Virus record (IMG/VR): IMGVR_UViG_2974628900_000001
Coordinates: 60,305 to 124,304 of that record
DNA: 64,000 bases
Reading direction: 5' to 3' (one strand)
Origin: Streptomyces virus StarPlatinum
Taxonomy: Duplodnaviria; Heunggongvirae; Uroviricota; Caudoviricetes
Position numbers and translations under genes: made by a program. This document shows positions 27,106 through 35,780 of this stretch, piece after piece (position 1 is the first letter of the stretch; the number at the start of each line of letters is the position of its first letter). Below the pieces are notes generated by a model. That model searched no databases and was not told the DNA's origin. It saw only the letters and a list, made by a program, of their open reading frames with translations.

Positions 27106-27179
27106 GCCCCGTTGGTCTAGTGGTTTAGGATACCGGACTTTCAATCCGTGTGAACGTCGGTTCGAATCCGACACGGGGT
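27106..27179 (+). tRNA. tRNA-Glu (anticodon TTC)
   Basis: Glu-type D-arm GTCTAGTGGTTTAGGATAC, anticodon loop cTTTCaa; GCCC-GGAA-GGGC hairpin upstream. Confidence 0.75.
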
Positions 27180-27248
27180 ACGTGGGCCGTGACGCAACAA
27201 ACTCTTTAAGAGAAAATCCTGTAGTGTACATGCAGGAACACGGCTTAT

Positions 27249-27321
27249 GCGGGTGTCGTCTAGCGGCAAAGGCTCCTGCCTTACAAGCAGGTAATCGGAG
27301 GTTCGAGTCCTCTCACCCGTA
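27249..27321 (+). tRNA. tRNA-Val (anticodon TAC)
   Basis: Acceptor gcgggtg/cacccgt, anticodon stem cctgc/gcagg, loop ctTACaa. Confidence 0.8.
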
Positions 27322-27464
27322 CACTGAGGTAGCAGGGCTTGTCAGAGCCAAGTTAACGTGCTACAGTCATTGGAGAGCTGACACTCTCGTGAATGATGTC
27401 CTCTAGCTAGCAGCTAGTAGAGTGGGGGCGAAGTGACCTTAGTCGTCACACAAAACCACTCAAT

Positions 27465-27542
27465 GGGTCTGACAGGTGTGACGTTACTGAAAGCCGACAA
27501 TGGACCGGTAACGGATAGTGGGTTCGACTCCCACCAGATCCA
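27465..27542 (+). ncRNA. tRNA-like element (acceptor + T-arm, non-canonical middle)
   Basis: gggtctg/cagatcc acceptor pairing and gtgggTTCGACTcccac T-arm, but no standard D/anticodon arms could be folded. Confidence 0.3.
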
Positions 27543-27562
27543 CTTGGTGATAATTCACCTAT

Positions 27563-27637
27563 GCTCCCATAGCCCAACTGGTAGGAGGCACAAGGCTTAG
27601 ACCCTTGGTAGTGTCAGTTCGAATCTGACTGGGAGTA
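27563..27637 (+). tRNA. tRNA, class I body with anticodon TAG (Leu-like anticodon)
   Basis: Acceptor gctccca/tgggagt, anticodon stem caagg/ccttg, loop ctTAGac, 5-nt variable loop (unusual for Leu). Confidence 0.55.
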
Positions 27638-27650
27638 CGCAAGAATTGAT

Positions 27651-27731
27651 GGGCTCGTGGTGGAATGGTATACACGCTAGTCTTAGGAACTAGTGCCGAA
27701 AGGATTGTGAGTTCGAGTCTCACCGGGCCTA
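27651..27731 (+). tRNA. tRNA-Leu (anticodon TAG), type II
   Basis: Acceptor gggctcg/cgggcct, anticodon stem ctagt/actag, loop ctTAGga, 13-nt variable arm. Confidence 0.7.
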
Positions 27732-27785
27732 CTTTGATATGTAACGTACGGCATATCAAATGCATATCAGGTCGCTCCTGATATG

Positions 27786-27901
27786 AGGAGTGTAGTTTAA
27801 TTGGCAAAACCGCGAAATGCAATGTCGAAAGCGTCTGTGGCGTGAGCCCACGGTTAGTAGATATCAAAGTAGCAGTTGCGGGTTCGAGTCCCGTCACTCC
27901 G
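27786..27901 (+). ncRNA. tRNA-like element with about 40-nt internal insertion
   Basis: Acceptor aggagtg/cactcc (1:72 mismatch), D-arm GTTTAATTGGCAAAAC, canonical T-arm gcgggTTCGAGTcccgt, but 65 nt between D- and T-arms. Confidence 0.3.
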
Positions 27902-28041
27902 CTAGCCTGAGATGACGATCCGATGTAGGTCCCCTAGGGCTTGCGCAGGCCCGAAGGGCATTCGGGAAAGGTGCCTAGCTAGGTCCGTCTACCAACAAGG
28001 TGAGAGTTTTTCACGGTTTTCCTCATAATTAAACCGTGTTT

Positions 28042-28113
28042 GGTCCTTTGGCAGAGATGGTAATGCACTCGGTTGAAGCCCGAGATATCTCAGTTCGATT
28101 CTGAGGGGGACCA
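28042..28113 (+). tRNA. tRNA-Phe (anticodon GAA)
   Basis: Acceptor ggtcctt/ggggacc, anticodon stem ctcgg/ccgag, loop ttGAAgc. Confidence 0.75.
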
Positions 28114-28117
28114 CAAT

Positions 28118-28181
28118 GAATAAGCCAGGAACGGTTCGATTCCGTGTTACCTAGGTTGGTGTATGGCGCATAGGCTTATTC
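28118..28181 (+). ncRNA. T-arm-containing stem-loop (tRNA fragment-like)
   Basis: 9-bp closing stem GAATAAGCC/GGCTTATTC enclosing aacggTTCGATTccgtt T-arm hairpin; too short for a tRNA. Confidence 0.35.
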
Positions 28182-28186
28182 AGCAA

Positions 28187-28257
28187 TCCGCAGTGGTGAA
28201 ATGGTATCATGCGACCTTGCCAAGGTTGTGGCGCGAGTTCGATTCTCGTCTGCGGGA
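28187..28257 (+). tRNA. tRNA-Gly (anticodon GCC)
   Basis: Acceptor tccgcag/ctgcggg, anticodon stem cgacc/ggttg, loop ttGCCaa. Confidence 0.7.
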
Positions 28258-28334
28258 CTTTGCCGGAAGATGATAGACTCTGGGGAAGGCCAGATAAATA
28301 ACGAAAGCGCGGTGCGAGTCCGTCAACGGTTTAT

Positions 28335-28407
28335 GCCTCGGTAGCGTAGTGGATAACGCGACTGTCTTCTAAACAGTTATAGGCAGGTTCGATTCCTGTC
28401 CGGGGTA
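28335..28407 (+). tRNA. tRNA-Arg (anticodon TCT)
   Basis: D gcgt/acgc, anticodon stem actgt/acagt, loop ctTCTaa. Confidence 0.8.
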
Positions 28408-28427
28408 CTTTCTACAATGGAGGCATC

Positions 28428-28613
28428 ATGCCTGTAACGATGACAGAGCTTTTTCTGGCCGGTGTGATCGAGCATCACGGAGTAGAAGATAACGGCGAAG
28501 CTCTCATAAAGATCAATTGGGACATCCTTCGTGAATACAACTATGATCTCTATGTTCACATGAAGGCGGCGGAGATTGACGCCGACCTAGATGGTGATAC
28601 AATGGAGCCATGA
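28428..28613 (+). CDS. hypothetical acidic protein
   Basis: 61-aa ORF with GGAGG RBS. Confidence 0.4.
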   Translation: MPVTMTELFLAGVIEHHGVEDNGEALIKINWDILREYNYDLYVHMKAAEIDADLDGDTMEP

Positions 28614-28937
28614 ATACATACGAAGTAGCTGTAAGCCTATTGGTTACAGTGGAAGCACCCGATGAGTCAGATGCAAGAGAAGCGGTCCGCGATGCATTTG
28701 ATGTTGGCGAGTTTTGCGGACTAGATGTTAAAGACGTAGAGGTCGAGATCCTTGAGTCTTGATTTCAATACGATCTCTAACATGGTTCAAGATGTAGAGT
28801 TCCTACTTAAGTGTACATTCTGTCCAGAACCAGCAACTACAGAGTTGACAGTAGAGGTTGGACCTGATACAGTAGTACCAATGCCAAGCTGCGAATCATG
28901 CAAGATTGCAGAGGCACAATGAGGCCGGAAGGCCAAT

Positions 28938-29009
28938 GGGCGATTAGTGTTAATGGTAGCACGTCTGTTTTGCAAGCAGATAGAGGGGGTTCGAGTCCCC
29001 CATTGTCCA
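28938..29009 (+). tRNA. tRNA-Ala (anticodon TGC)
   Basis: Acceptor gggcgat/attgtcc with G3:T70 wobble, anticodon loop ttTGCaa; GGCC-GGAA-GGCC hairpin upstream. Confidence 0.7.
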
Positions 29010-29174
29010 CAACTTCCTGCGCAGGAGGTGGTAACATGAGTCTAGAACGTGTGCTAGTGATTGTAATCCTAGTGATTCTAGTTGTGTGGCTAGCTGTCAC
29101 ACTGCTCTAAAAGAATTGGCTGGCCGATACGAACCCCATCGTATCCTTTGCCCGAGGGTTAGGGACCAGCATCT

Positions 29175-29247
29175 GATCCGGTAGCTCAGTCTGGCCGAGC
29201 GGAGGGCTCTTAACCCTTGGACGTGAGTTCGAATCTCACTCGGATCA
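29175..29247 (+). tRNA. tRNA-Lys (anticodon CTT)
   Basis: Acceptor gatccgg/tcggatc, anticodon stem gaggg/ccctt, loop ctCTTaa. Confidence 0.75.
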
Positions 29248-29256
29248 CATAAAACA

Positions 29257-29283
29257 CCCAGTCCCTTGTGGACTGGGTTTCTT
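29257..29283 (+). terminator. rho-independent terminator after tRNA-Lys
   Basis: CCCAGTCC-cttgt-GGACTGGG then TTTCTT. Confidence 0.7.
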
Positions 29284-29306
29284 AATTTCTGTGATACAAT
29301 TAAGAT

Positions 29307-29651
29307 ATGACAGAAGAAGAGAAGAAGCTTGCAAAGGCTGCCGCTCAAAAGCGGTGGTATGAAAAGAACAAAGAGAAGCATGCTGCGAACACTGCTAAAC
29401 GAGCTAAGCTTCACAGGGAGATAGCGAGAGCACATGTACAGAAGCTTAAGGAAGCTTCACCATGTACTGATTGCGGAAATCATTTCCCTCACTATGTAAT
29501 GCAATGGGATCATCTTGGAGACAAGAAGATGGACGTTAGCAGAATGGTTCAAAGCGGCAACTCTATTCAAACTATTGAGAAGGAGATTGCGAAGTGCGAG
29601 CCAGTATGTGCTAACTGTCATTGCATTAGAACGCACAATCGTAGACAATGA
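29307..29651 (+). CDS. HNH endonuclease (small, tRNA-cluster associated)
   Basis: CTDCGNHFPHYVMQWDH...CANCHCIRT; paralogue of 13069..13422. Confidence 0.7.
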   Translation: MTEEEKKLAKAAAQKRWYEKNKEKHAANTAKRAKLHREIARAHVQKLKEASPCTDCGNHFPHYVMQWDHLGDKKMDVSRMVQSGNSIQTIEKEIAKCEPVCANCHCIRTHNRRQ

Positions 29652-29655
29652 AATT

Positions 29656-30210
29656 ATGACTACACCAAAGAAGTACACACCAAAGCCCGGTGACATTGGG
29701 CTCACTCGTATTGGTGGTCTCACAGGCGTCCTAGTAGGTCTAGGGCAATTCATCATTAGAGACGCAAGCCGATACACCCACGTGTTTGTCGTATTGGACA
29801 ACAACGAAGTCATCGAAGCTATGCCTGGCGGAGCGATCATCAGTCCTCTGTCTAAGTATGAAGGAACTACCAAGTATGGTAGCCCTCTAGCTGCCTACCT
29901 CGACATCAAGTTGACAGCAGAGCAGCGAGCACGTATCGTAGAAGAAGCTAGACAGCTCGTAGGAACGCCGTACAGCTTCCTTGACTACATTGCTCTAGCC
30001 CTGGAACGATTTGGTTTCAATTGGAAGTGGCTAGAGAACTATGTCACATCTACCAAGCATATGATCTGCTCTCAGCTAGCTGATGAAGTATACAAGCGTG
30101 CTGGCGTTCATCTGTTCGAAGATGGTAGACTACCTCAGAAGGTCACGCCTGGTGATCTTACCTACGTTGGAATGGACCAGCGATATGAAGAAGAACTGCC
30201 TGGGCTGTAA
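29656..30210 (+). CDS. putative permuted papain-fold (NlpC/P60, YiiX/DUF830-like) peptidase
   Basis: His before Cys order (HVFVVLD ... MICSQLADEVY ... GVHLFEDG); start taken at ATG 29656 after HNH stop. Confidence 0.4.
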   Translation: MTTPKKYTPKPGDIGLTRIGGLTGVLVGLGQFIIRDASRYTHVFVVLDNNEVIEAMPGGAIISPLSKYEGTTKYGSPLAAYLDIKLTAEQRARIVEEARQLVGTPYSFLDYIALALERFGFNWKWLENYVTSTKHMICSQLADEVYKRAGVHLFEDGRLPQKVTPGDLTYVGMDQRYEEELPGL

Positions 30211-30376
30211 GAAGGACAAGCCTGTCAGTGATTTTGGAACGTCTGGCATGCAGAAGGCGTTGTGCAAGAGCTGCCGATCTGGTAGAGTAGTTTCCAGTGG
30301 GAAGAAGTCCGGTGGCAAGGGCCTTGTTGATGCCATTGGTGACTTGTTCGACGGGATCGGTGATCTGTTCTCTTGA
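30185..30376 (+). CDS. small Cys4 protein
   Basis: 63 aa, CLGC...CKSC, Gly/Asp repeat GDLFDGIGDLF. Confidence 0.4.
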   Translation: MKKNCLGCKKDKPVSDFGTSGMQKALCKSCRSGRVVSSGKKSGGKGLVDAIGDLFDGIGDLFS

Positions 30377-30553
30377 CAAGAACCAAGTTGCTTGCTATCT
30401 TGGACAGGAAGGCCAAGCTTGCTAAGCGAAAGATGTCAGAAGCCAATCAGCGTGATGACCGAATTGAAACTCGTGCATATGCTGTTGAGCTTACAGAAAC
30501 AAATGCCTTTATTCAGGCACTCAAAGGACTGACAAGTCTTAACTAGGAGAAAA

Positions 30554-30826
30554 ATGTACCTACGTGATAAGATTGTTGAAGTTCAAGGTGACGTGCTTGC
30601 TACCATCACTCGATGGCGTTATGATTACAAGGGGGCGCGCAGGGCGACAAAGCATCTTGCCAGCCTTCTTCTAATAAAAATGCTTGTTCTTGTTGCGGCC
30701 TTTGTGTTCAATGCAGCAGGAATGAGTCTGGCAGTCACAATCTGTCTTGCAACATCACTTGCTATAAGTGTTGTTATGTATAGCGTTTACGCTGTAGATG
30801 TCAAGCTTGAAAAGTCCAGAGCTTGA
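30554..30826 (+). CDS. membrane protein
   Basis: 90 aa, two hydrophobic helices. Confidence 0.45.
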   Translation: MYLRDKIVEVQGDVLATITRWRYDYKGARRATKHLASLLLIKMLVLVAAFVFNAAGMSLAVTICLATSLAISVVMYSVYAVDVKLEKSRA

Positions 30827-30859
30827 TGCTAGACTAAGTACAATGCCCGAAAGGGTTAT

Positions 30860-30935
30860 TCCGGTGGGGCTACTATTGGCAGTAGCGACGAGCTGTTAAC
30901 TCGTTTCCCTGTAGGTTCGATTCCTGCCTCCGGAG
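30860..30935 (+). tRNA. tRNA-Asn (anticodon GTT), copy 1
   Basis: Anticodon stem acgag/ctcgt, loop ctGTTaa, D gcta/tagc; acceptor has one T:T mismatch; GCCC-GAAA-GGG hairpin upstream. Confidence 0.6.
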
Positions 30936-31102
30936 CTGGCCGCCAAAGCTTGAGGAGATAGCTACCTCGGGCAAGGATAAACCGGATGGTAGGTCATAGT
31001 TTTCTAGATAAGCTATGACTGAGGACAAGGTGGAAACCCGGAGGCAAACCGGGGCACGGCCAACCACTTGACACAGTAGCTATCAACTACTAGGATGGAC
31101 AC

Positions 31103-31270
31103 ATGACAGAAAACGAAGGATACCTGGTTACCTCACGCGGGCTCTTTAAGGGTCTCTATAAGGATGAGGTAGTAATGAAGCAGGGTCGTCTGTGGGTCTG
31201 GTTCAAGCATGAAAATGGCAAGGAATGGGCTCTCCAGTGCCCTAACCAAATTGTAGTTGACACTGACTGA
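31103..31270 (+). CDS. small hypothetical protein
   Basis: TTGACA-17-TAGGAT promoter, AGGATGG RBS, 55 aa. Confidence 0.35.
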   Translation: MTENEGYLVTSRGLFKGLYKDEVVMKQGRLWVWFKHENGKEWALQCPNQIVVDTD

Positions 31271-31473
31271 CAAGCTTGACTCACAGCACGTAGATTCTAA
31301 GATCGAAGGGGTTTTACGTCTTTTCAAATTCCGGCGTCGAAGATGAAGAACAGTTTAGCGGCTGTACTTGTACAAGAGGAAGACGTTGAGTACAATCGTG
31401 CTAGAGTGAAAGAAGCTGACGGACAGCTTAGAGCAAGAGACCCGGCTCAAACGGGGAGTGCTGCATCCGACTA

Positions 31474-31546
31474 TGGCCTATAGCTTAATTGGCAGAGCGG
31501 TTGGTTGTTACCCAATCTGGTGCAGGTTCGAGTCCTGCTAGGTCAG
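31474..31546 (+). tRNA. tRNA-Asn (anticodon GTT), copy 2 (tentative)
   Basis: Acceptor tggccta/taggtca, D-arm GCTTAATTGGCAGAGC, anticodon stem gttgg/ccaat, loop ttGTTac. Confidence 0.55.
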
Positions 31547-31574
31547 CTCCAACAATGGCTAACAAAGGAATCAA

Positions 31575-32441
31575 ATGGCATATCTGGTATTCGCCATCAT
31601 CATGGTGGTAATTATCCTTGGCGGCGCAGCAGGTTATCTGTTCACTAAGGATAAGCTGGGTGTACTAGTAGCTGTTGGTGGCGTAGCGGTGCTAGGTGCT
31701 GTATCACTAATCTGGTCCATCACTAGCGTCGATAGTCGTAGCGTCGGTATCCAGACCTCATTTAACCGATACCAGGGAACACTTGACAGTGGCTTCCAGC
31801 TTACGGCTCCTTGGACAGAGCACGAAGACTTTACTACCCGCATTCAGTACCTCGACCTTGACGGTGAGAAGTGGTCCGATGGAGCACCTGTTACTTTTAA
31901 GGGCGGCGGTCGTGGTGTAGTCTTCGCAACCCCTCGTTGGAAGATCGATGAGGCTTCCGCTGGTAAGCTTTGGAACAAGTACAAGACTTTTGACAATGTT
32001 CAGGAGCAGCTTGTGCGTTCCTCAGTGAAGGATTCATTCCGAGCTGTGCTTACCGACTACACTCCGAATGAGGCTCGTGAGAATGTTCGTGAGATCACCG
32101 GAGCTGTTGAGAGGGATCTAGCCAAGACCCTTACTGATGATGGTATTAAGATCGACTCCATTAGCATTAAGGACATCAAGCTTGACGACCGTACTCAGGC
32201 TTCTCTAGACAAGATCGTTCAGGCCAACAACGATATTGAGCGTGCTCGTGCTGAGCAGGAGCGTGCAAAGATCGATGCTGAGACCTTGAAGATCAAGGAG
32301 AAGGCTGGTAACCTGACTGAGGGTGGTCTTCGTGACAAGTGCCTGACTGTCATGGACAAGTGGGATGTCAAGAAGAACGGTAACCTGCCTGCTGGCTTTA
32401 GCTGCAATGGTAGCGTTCCGTTCACCGTCACTAACAAGTAA
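31575..32441 (+). CDS. SPFH/band-7 (prohibitin/HflK-like) domain membrane protein
   Basis: N-terminal TM helix, SPFH-like core, C-terminal coiled coil ERARAEQERAKIDAETLKIKEKAG. Confidence 0.65.
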   Translation: MAYLVFAIIMVVIILGGAAGYLFTKDKLGVLVAVGGVAVLGAVSLIWSITSVDSRSVGIQTSFNRYQGTLDSGFQLTAPWTEHEDFTTRIQYLDLDGEKWSDGAPVTFKGGGRGVVFATPRWKIDEASAGKLWNKYKTFDNVQEQLVRSSVKDSFRAVLTDYTPNEARENVREITGAVERDLAKTLTDDGIKIDSISIKDIKLDDRTQASLDKIVQANNDIERARAEQERAKIDAETLKIKEKAGNLTEGGLRDKCLTVMDKWDVKKNGNLPAGFSCNGSVPFTVTNK

Positions 32442-32481
32442 CAATTCTCGCAGTGAGATGACTTCAATCTGCTCTCGTCAT

Positions 32482-32507
32482 GCCGGTCCTTCGGGACCGG
32501 CTTTTGG
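32482..32507 (+). terminator. rho-independent terminator
   Basis: GCCGGTCC-TTCG-GGACCGGC then TTTTGG. Confidence 0.75.
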
Positions 32508-32624
32508 CGGTTAGAGGCCCGGTGCAGAAGATGTTGACAGCACTCCTTGCCTCTAGTAGAGTAGTAACTAAGCGAGCAAGGCAAAAGTGTGGTATCCTTT
32601 AATACACAATTAAAGGAGCCGCAT

Positions 32625-32792
32625 ATGTATAAGTTCGCTAAGAGTCTACAGCCTGGAGACGTAACACCGTATGGACGGATCGTTGCGAATCAGCTACTAT
32701 GGACTAACAAGACTGTTCAGCTAACAATTGCCGAACAGAGCGAGAACGTTTACCTAAAAAAGTATAAGATCGTTCGGACTAACAAAGGATAA
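32625..32792 (+). CDS. small hypothetical protein
   Basis: TTGACA-17-TAGAGTAGT promoter, AAGGAG RBS, 55 aa. Confidence 0.45.
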   Translation: MYKFAKSLQPGDVTPYGRIVANQLLWTNKTVQLTIAEQSENVYLKKYKIVRTNKG

Positions 32793-32795
32793 AAA

Positions 32796-33182
32796 TTGAG
32801 CATCGAAGACGACATTGCCAAGGAAATTGCGGGCGAGGCTGAGGCTGAGGTCGCTGCTGGTAAGTCTTGGAAGCGCGTTGCCGCTGAGGCAGCATGGAAG
32901 TTTTCTAAGGAAAAGGGCTACCCTGCTTTCCGCGCTGGTGTAAAGTATCTTTACGCACAGGGCAAGGATCTCAAGAACAAGCCCATGAAGCCCGGTGAGA
33001 AGAAGGCATCAGCCCTTCGCCCTGGTGACATGACTGTTCTTGGTCAGGTCTCAGAGGCTAAGCGAGACCCGATTCAGAAGAATAACTACCAGATCTCATT
33101 CATTTCCTCAACTGGGGTTAAGGTTGAGAGCGTGCCTGGCAACAAGAAGTTCGGCGTATTCGAGCGTCGAAGCATTCGTTGA
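32796..33182 (+). CDS. hypothetical protein
   Basis: 128-aa ORF (non-ATG start likely). Confidence 0.4.
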   Translation: MSIEDDIAKEIAGEAEAEVAAGKSWKRVAAEAAWKFSKEKGYPAFRAGVKYLYAQGKDLKNKPMKPGEKKASALRPGDMTVLGQVSEAKRDPIQKNNYQISFISSTGVKVESVPGNKKFGVFERRSIR

Positions 33183-33201
33183 TCGTCGGCCTTCGGGCCT
33201 A

Positions 33202-33273
33202 GTCTCCATAGTTTAATGGACAGAACGGTTGCCTCCTAAGCAACAGATTCCGGTTCGAATCCGGGTGGGGACA
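33202..33273 (+). tRNA. tRNA-Arg (anticodon CCT)
   Basis: Acceptor gtctcca/tggggac, anticodon stem gttgc/gcaac, loop ctCCTaa; GGCC-UUCG-GGCC hairpin upstream. Confidence 0.8.
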
Positions 33274-33354
33274 CGTTGACAGATCGGCCCGGTGAGGGTA
33301 GAGTAGTTAACAGATCGACAGTGAGCGTCTGGAGTACACTACACTGGAGGTCAA

Positions 33355-33501
33355 ATGAAGGTATACATCGTAACGACGGACATCTGCTGCTGCGGCGAAG
33401 AAATCTTGGAAGTCTTTTCAACAGAAGAGAAGGCCAAGGAGTTTGTTGACAGCGGAGAGAAGTTCAAGTACGCTGATATCAACGAGTGGGAAGTGAAGTA
33501 A
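33355..33501 (+). CDS. small Cys-cluster protein
   Basis: TTGACA-17-TAGAGTAGT promoter, GGAGG RBS, 48 aa with CCCGEE. Confidence 0.45.
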   Translation: MKVYIVTTDICCCGEEILEVFSTEEKAKEFVDSGEKFKYADINEWEVK

Positions 33502-33515
33502 GGCCGAAAGGCCCT

Positions 33516-33588
33516 GGGGTTGTAGCTCAATTGGAAGAGCATCTGCATGGCATGCAGAAGGTTGTGGGTTCGAGTCCCATCTTCTCCA
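33516..33588 (+). tRNA. tRNA-like (Ala GGC anticodon?) with mismatched acceptor stem
   Basis: D-arm GCTCAATTGGAAGAGC, anticodon stem tctgc/gcaga, loop atGGCat, T-arm gtgggTTCGAGTcccat; acceptor has two T:T mismatches (possible pseudogene). Confidence 0.35.
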
Positions 33589-33823
33589 CTCTTTTAATGG
33601 TTCTTCACAGAGGTGATAGTAACCATGCGGGTCAGCTCTAGCAGGCTGATATTGGGTGCAAGGTAATAGCCCGTATACACCCCTTGCAGCAGACGCACCA
33701 CATGTGCTAGCATGGTCTGTAGATGGCAACGAGCTGGTAACTTGAAGCCATCGATTATTTCCCGAGGAACTGACGCGCTATGCGCTAAGCCTCTATTCGC
33801 TGTAAGGTACCTTGCAGCGACCA

Positions 33824-33896
33824 GCTCCGGTAGCTCAGTTGGTAGAGCAGTTGACTCTTAATCATCAGGTCCACGGTTCGAGTCCGTGTCGGAGTA
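33824..33896 (+). tRNA. tRNA-Lys (anticodon CTT), copy 2 (tentative)
   Basis: D-arm GCTCAGTTGGTAGAGC, anticodon loop ctCTTaa (one stem mismatch), T-arm cacggTTCGAGTccgtg. Confidence 0.55.
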
Positions 33897-33923
33897 CAAA
33901 GCAAGGTTGCAAACTTGCTCAAT

Positions 33924-33960
33924 CATGTTGGGGTTCGATTCCCTCTGGTGAAACAACATG
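33924..33960 (+). ncRNA. T-arm-containing stem-loop (tRNA fragment-like)
   Basis: 7-bp closing stem CATGTTG/CAACATG enclosing gggTTCGATTccc. Confidence 0.3.
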
Positions 33961-34021
33961 GTGTAATTGAGTAGGAAAAGGCGACGGCGGAATGAGCCGT
34001 GCTGTCTAGCCTCTCTCTTAT

Positions 34022-34095
34022 GATCCAGTCGCACAATTGGCCGTGCAATGGGCTCTTAACCCTTGTGAATGTGAGTTCGAGTCTCACCTGGATCA
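34022..34095 (+). tRNA. tRNA-Lys (anticodon CTT) paralogue
   Basis: Shares gggCTCTTAAcccttg anticodon arm and gtgagTTCGA(A/G)Tctcac T-arm with tRNA at 29175 but has a different D-arm; acceptor gatccag/ctggatc. Confidence 0.6.
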
Positions 34096-34096
34096 C

Positions 34097-34267
34097 GTGG
34101 CTAATAACAAGGTATGGAAGGTCGGGGACAAGGTAAAGTCCAACGACAACAAGTATAGTGGAACTGTCAACAAGATCATCGACGAAGGACATGTCAATGT
34201 CAACGTCACTGGTCATGGAGATATGCAATTTCGTAACAGGGAGCTAAAGCGCCAATTCAGGGGCTGA
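34097..34267 (+). CDS. small KOW/SH3-like protein (family member, GTG start abutting tRNA)
   Basis: GTG 2 nt after tRNA 3' end (caCGTGGCT); 56 aa, VWKVGDKVKSNDNKYSGTVNKIIDEG. Confidence 0.45.
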   Translation: MANNKVWKVGDKVKSNDNKYSGTVNKIIDEGHVNVNVTGHGDMQFRNRELKRQFRG

Positions 34268-34275
34268 GGCTCTAT

Positions 34276-34350
34276 GATTCCTTAGCTCAGTTGGTAGAGC
34301 ACCAGACTTTTAATCTGTTGTGGTCCTCGGTTCGAGTCCGAGAGGAATCA
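34276..34350 (+). tRNA. tRNA-Lys (anticodon TTT)
   Basis: Perfect acceptor gattcct/aggaatc, anticodon loop ctTTTaa. Confidence 0.75.
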
Positions 34351-34351
34351 C

Positions 34352-34504
34352 GTGGCTTACAAAACGAATGATATAGTGAAGATAATAGAAGGTCCGCACA
34401 AGGGGAAGTCGGGTATAGTTCAAGGCAAGGCTGGCAAGACTTACATTGTGAGAACCAACTCAGGGACGTTCTACGTGCACGAGAATCATTTGAAAGAGGC
34501 ATAA
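34352..34504 (+). CDS. small KOW/SH3-like protein (family member, GTG start abutting tRNA)
   Basis: GTG 2 nt after tRNA (caCGTGGCT again); 50 aa, NDIVKIIEGPHKGKSGIVQGKAGKTYIV KOW motif. Confidence 0.45.
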   Translation: MAYKTNDIVKIIEGPHKGKSGIVQGKAGKTYIVRTNSGTFYVHENHLKEA

Positions 34505-34511
34505 GCCTCAT

Positions 34512-34584
34512 CCCTCTGTGGCGCAACGGATAGCGCAGCGGTCTTCGAAGTCGTTGGTTGGGGGTTCGAATCCCTCCAGAGGGG
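34512..34584 (+). tRNA. tRNA, anticodon uncertain (TCG, Arg?)
   Basis: Perfect acceptor ccctctg/cagaggg, D gcgc/gcgc, T-arm gggggTTCGAATccctc; anticodon stem needs 3 G-U pairs (loop cTTCGAa). Confidence 0.5.
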
Positions 34585-34789
34585 CTTTGACATAGCCAGA
34601 CTGGCATGTCATACTGTCAACAGGACACAGCGGACAAGGCTTAGGCGGATGAAATAAGCCGGTGGGATGCGAGTGGCTGACCAGTCCTGTTGACACAAGC
34701 GGGGAACGTTGAGTATGCTAACCTCATAGAGGAACGACGACTAACAAGTTCCCCGCTTTTATAATATCAATTCCTATTCAAGGAGCAAC

Positions 34790-35584
34790 ATGGGATTCCT
34801 TTCCCGCAAGATTAAGCCGACCTTCGTTCCGGCTCAGAACCTTTCAGCGAAGAAGACTGTGACGCTTACTCCAATTGTGTCCGGTCAGCCTGCTGCGAAT
34901 GTCAGCCTGATTAAGCAGAATGGTGTCAGCTTCGAGAAGAAGGTTGAAAGCGCTGTCAAGCTACAAAAGGACGCTGGCGTTACAAACCGATTCGATGTAA
35001 TTGGCATGGTGGATGAATCCTACTCAATGGATTACATGTTCGCCGATGGCACGGTTCAGACGATCACTGAGCGAGTGCTTGCATGGACTGCTGGTGTAGA
35101 TGCTGACGGCATGGCACCGGTTGGTGGCTTTGCTAGCGGATTCCAGTGGCATGGTGAAATTGACCTGACTAACGTCATGGGTTGTGCATCAAGCTGGGGT
35201 TGCTGGGGAGGCACTGACCTTGCGGCTGGTCTTCGAGAGGCTTTCGAGGTTGCCAAGGATGCCGACAACCCTGTCTATCTGTTCATTGTCACCGATGGTG
35301 CTCCGAACGATCAAAAGGCTGTGATTGATCTAGTTTCTCAGATGAGCGAGTACCCGATCTTCATCAAGATTGTTCTTGTTGGTAATGACCCGATGGGTAA
35401 GCGTTTCGTTGAGTACCTGGATGACCTTGAGAAGCACGAGCCTGGTCGTCGTCTCTTCGACAATGTAGACACTCAGCACATCCGTGACGCCTCTCGTGTG
35501 AGCGATGACGATTTCAACAAGGCGATGACGGAGGAAGTTCCGTCTGCGATTGACGCAATGCGTCAGGTCGGTCTAGTCGCCTGA
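34790..35584 (+). CDS. vWA domain protein (second)
   Basis: MIDAS VDESYSM, later TDGAPND; upstream inverted repeats and GCGGGGAAC/GTTCCCCGC hairpin. Confidence 0.65.
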   Translation: MGFLSRKIKPTFVPAQNLSAKKTVTLTPIVSGQPAANVSLIKQNGVSFEKKVESAVKLQKDAGVTNRFDVIGMVDESYSMDYMFADGTVQTITERVLAWTAGVDADGMAPVGGFASGFQWHGEIDLTNVMGCASSWGCWGGTDLAAGLREAFEVAKDADNPVYLFIVTDGAPNDQKAVIDLVSQMSEYPIFIKIVLVGNDPMGKRFVEYLDDLEKHEPGRRLFDNVDTQHIRDASRVSDDDFNKAMTEEVPSAIDAMRQVGLVA

Positions 35585-35705
35585 TTTGACAAGGTCTGCT
35601 TGATCCTGTAGAGTAGTTACTACAAACCAGCTCATGCTTGGCCGAAAGGCCCGGTGGCGTTCAGGGAAGCTGGGTAGTGTGGTAGAGTGAACGTACCCAC
35701 ACAAT

Positions 35706-35777
35706 GGCTCGGTAGTGAAACGGCTATCACGCTTCGCTCATAACGAAGTATTTCGGGTTCGAGTCCCGGCTGAGCTA
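35706..35777 (+). tRNA. tRNA-Met (anticodon CAT)
   Basis: TTGACA-17-TAGAGTAGT promoter upstream; acceptor ggctcgg/ctgagct, anticodon stem cttcg/cgaag, loop ctCATaa. Confidence 0.75.
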
Positions 35778-35780
35778 CAA

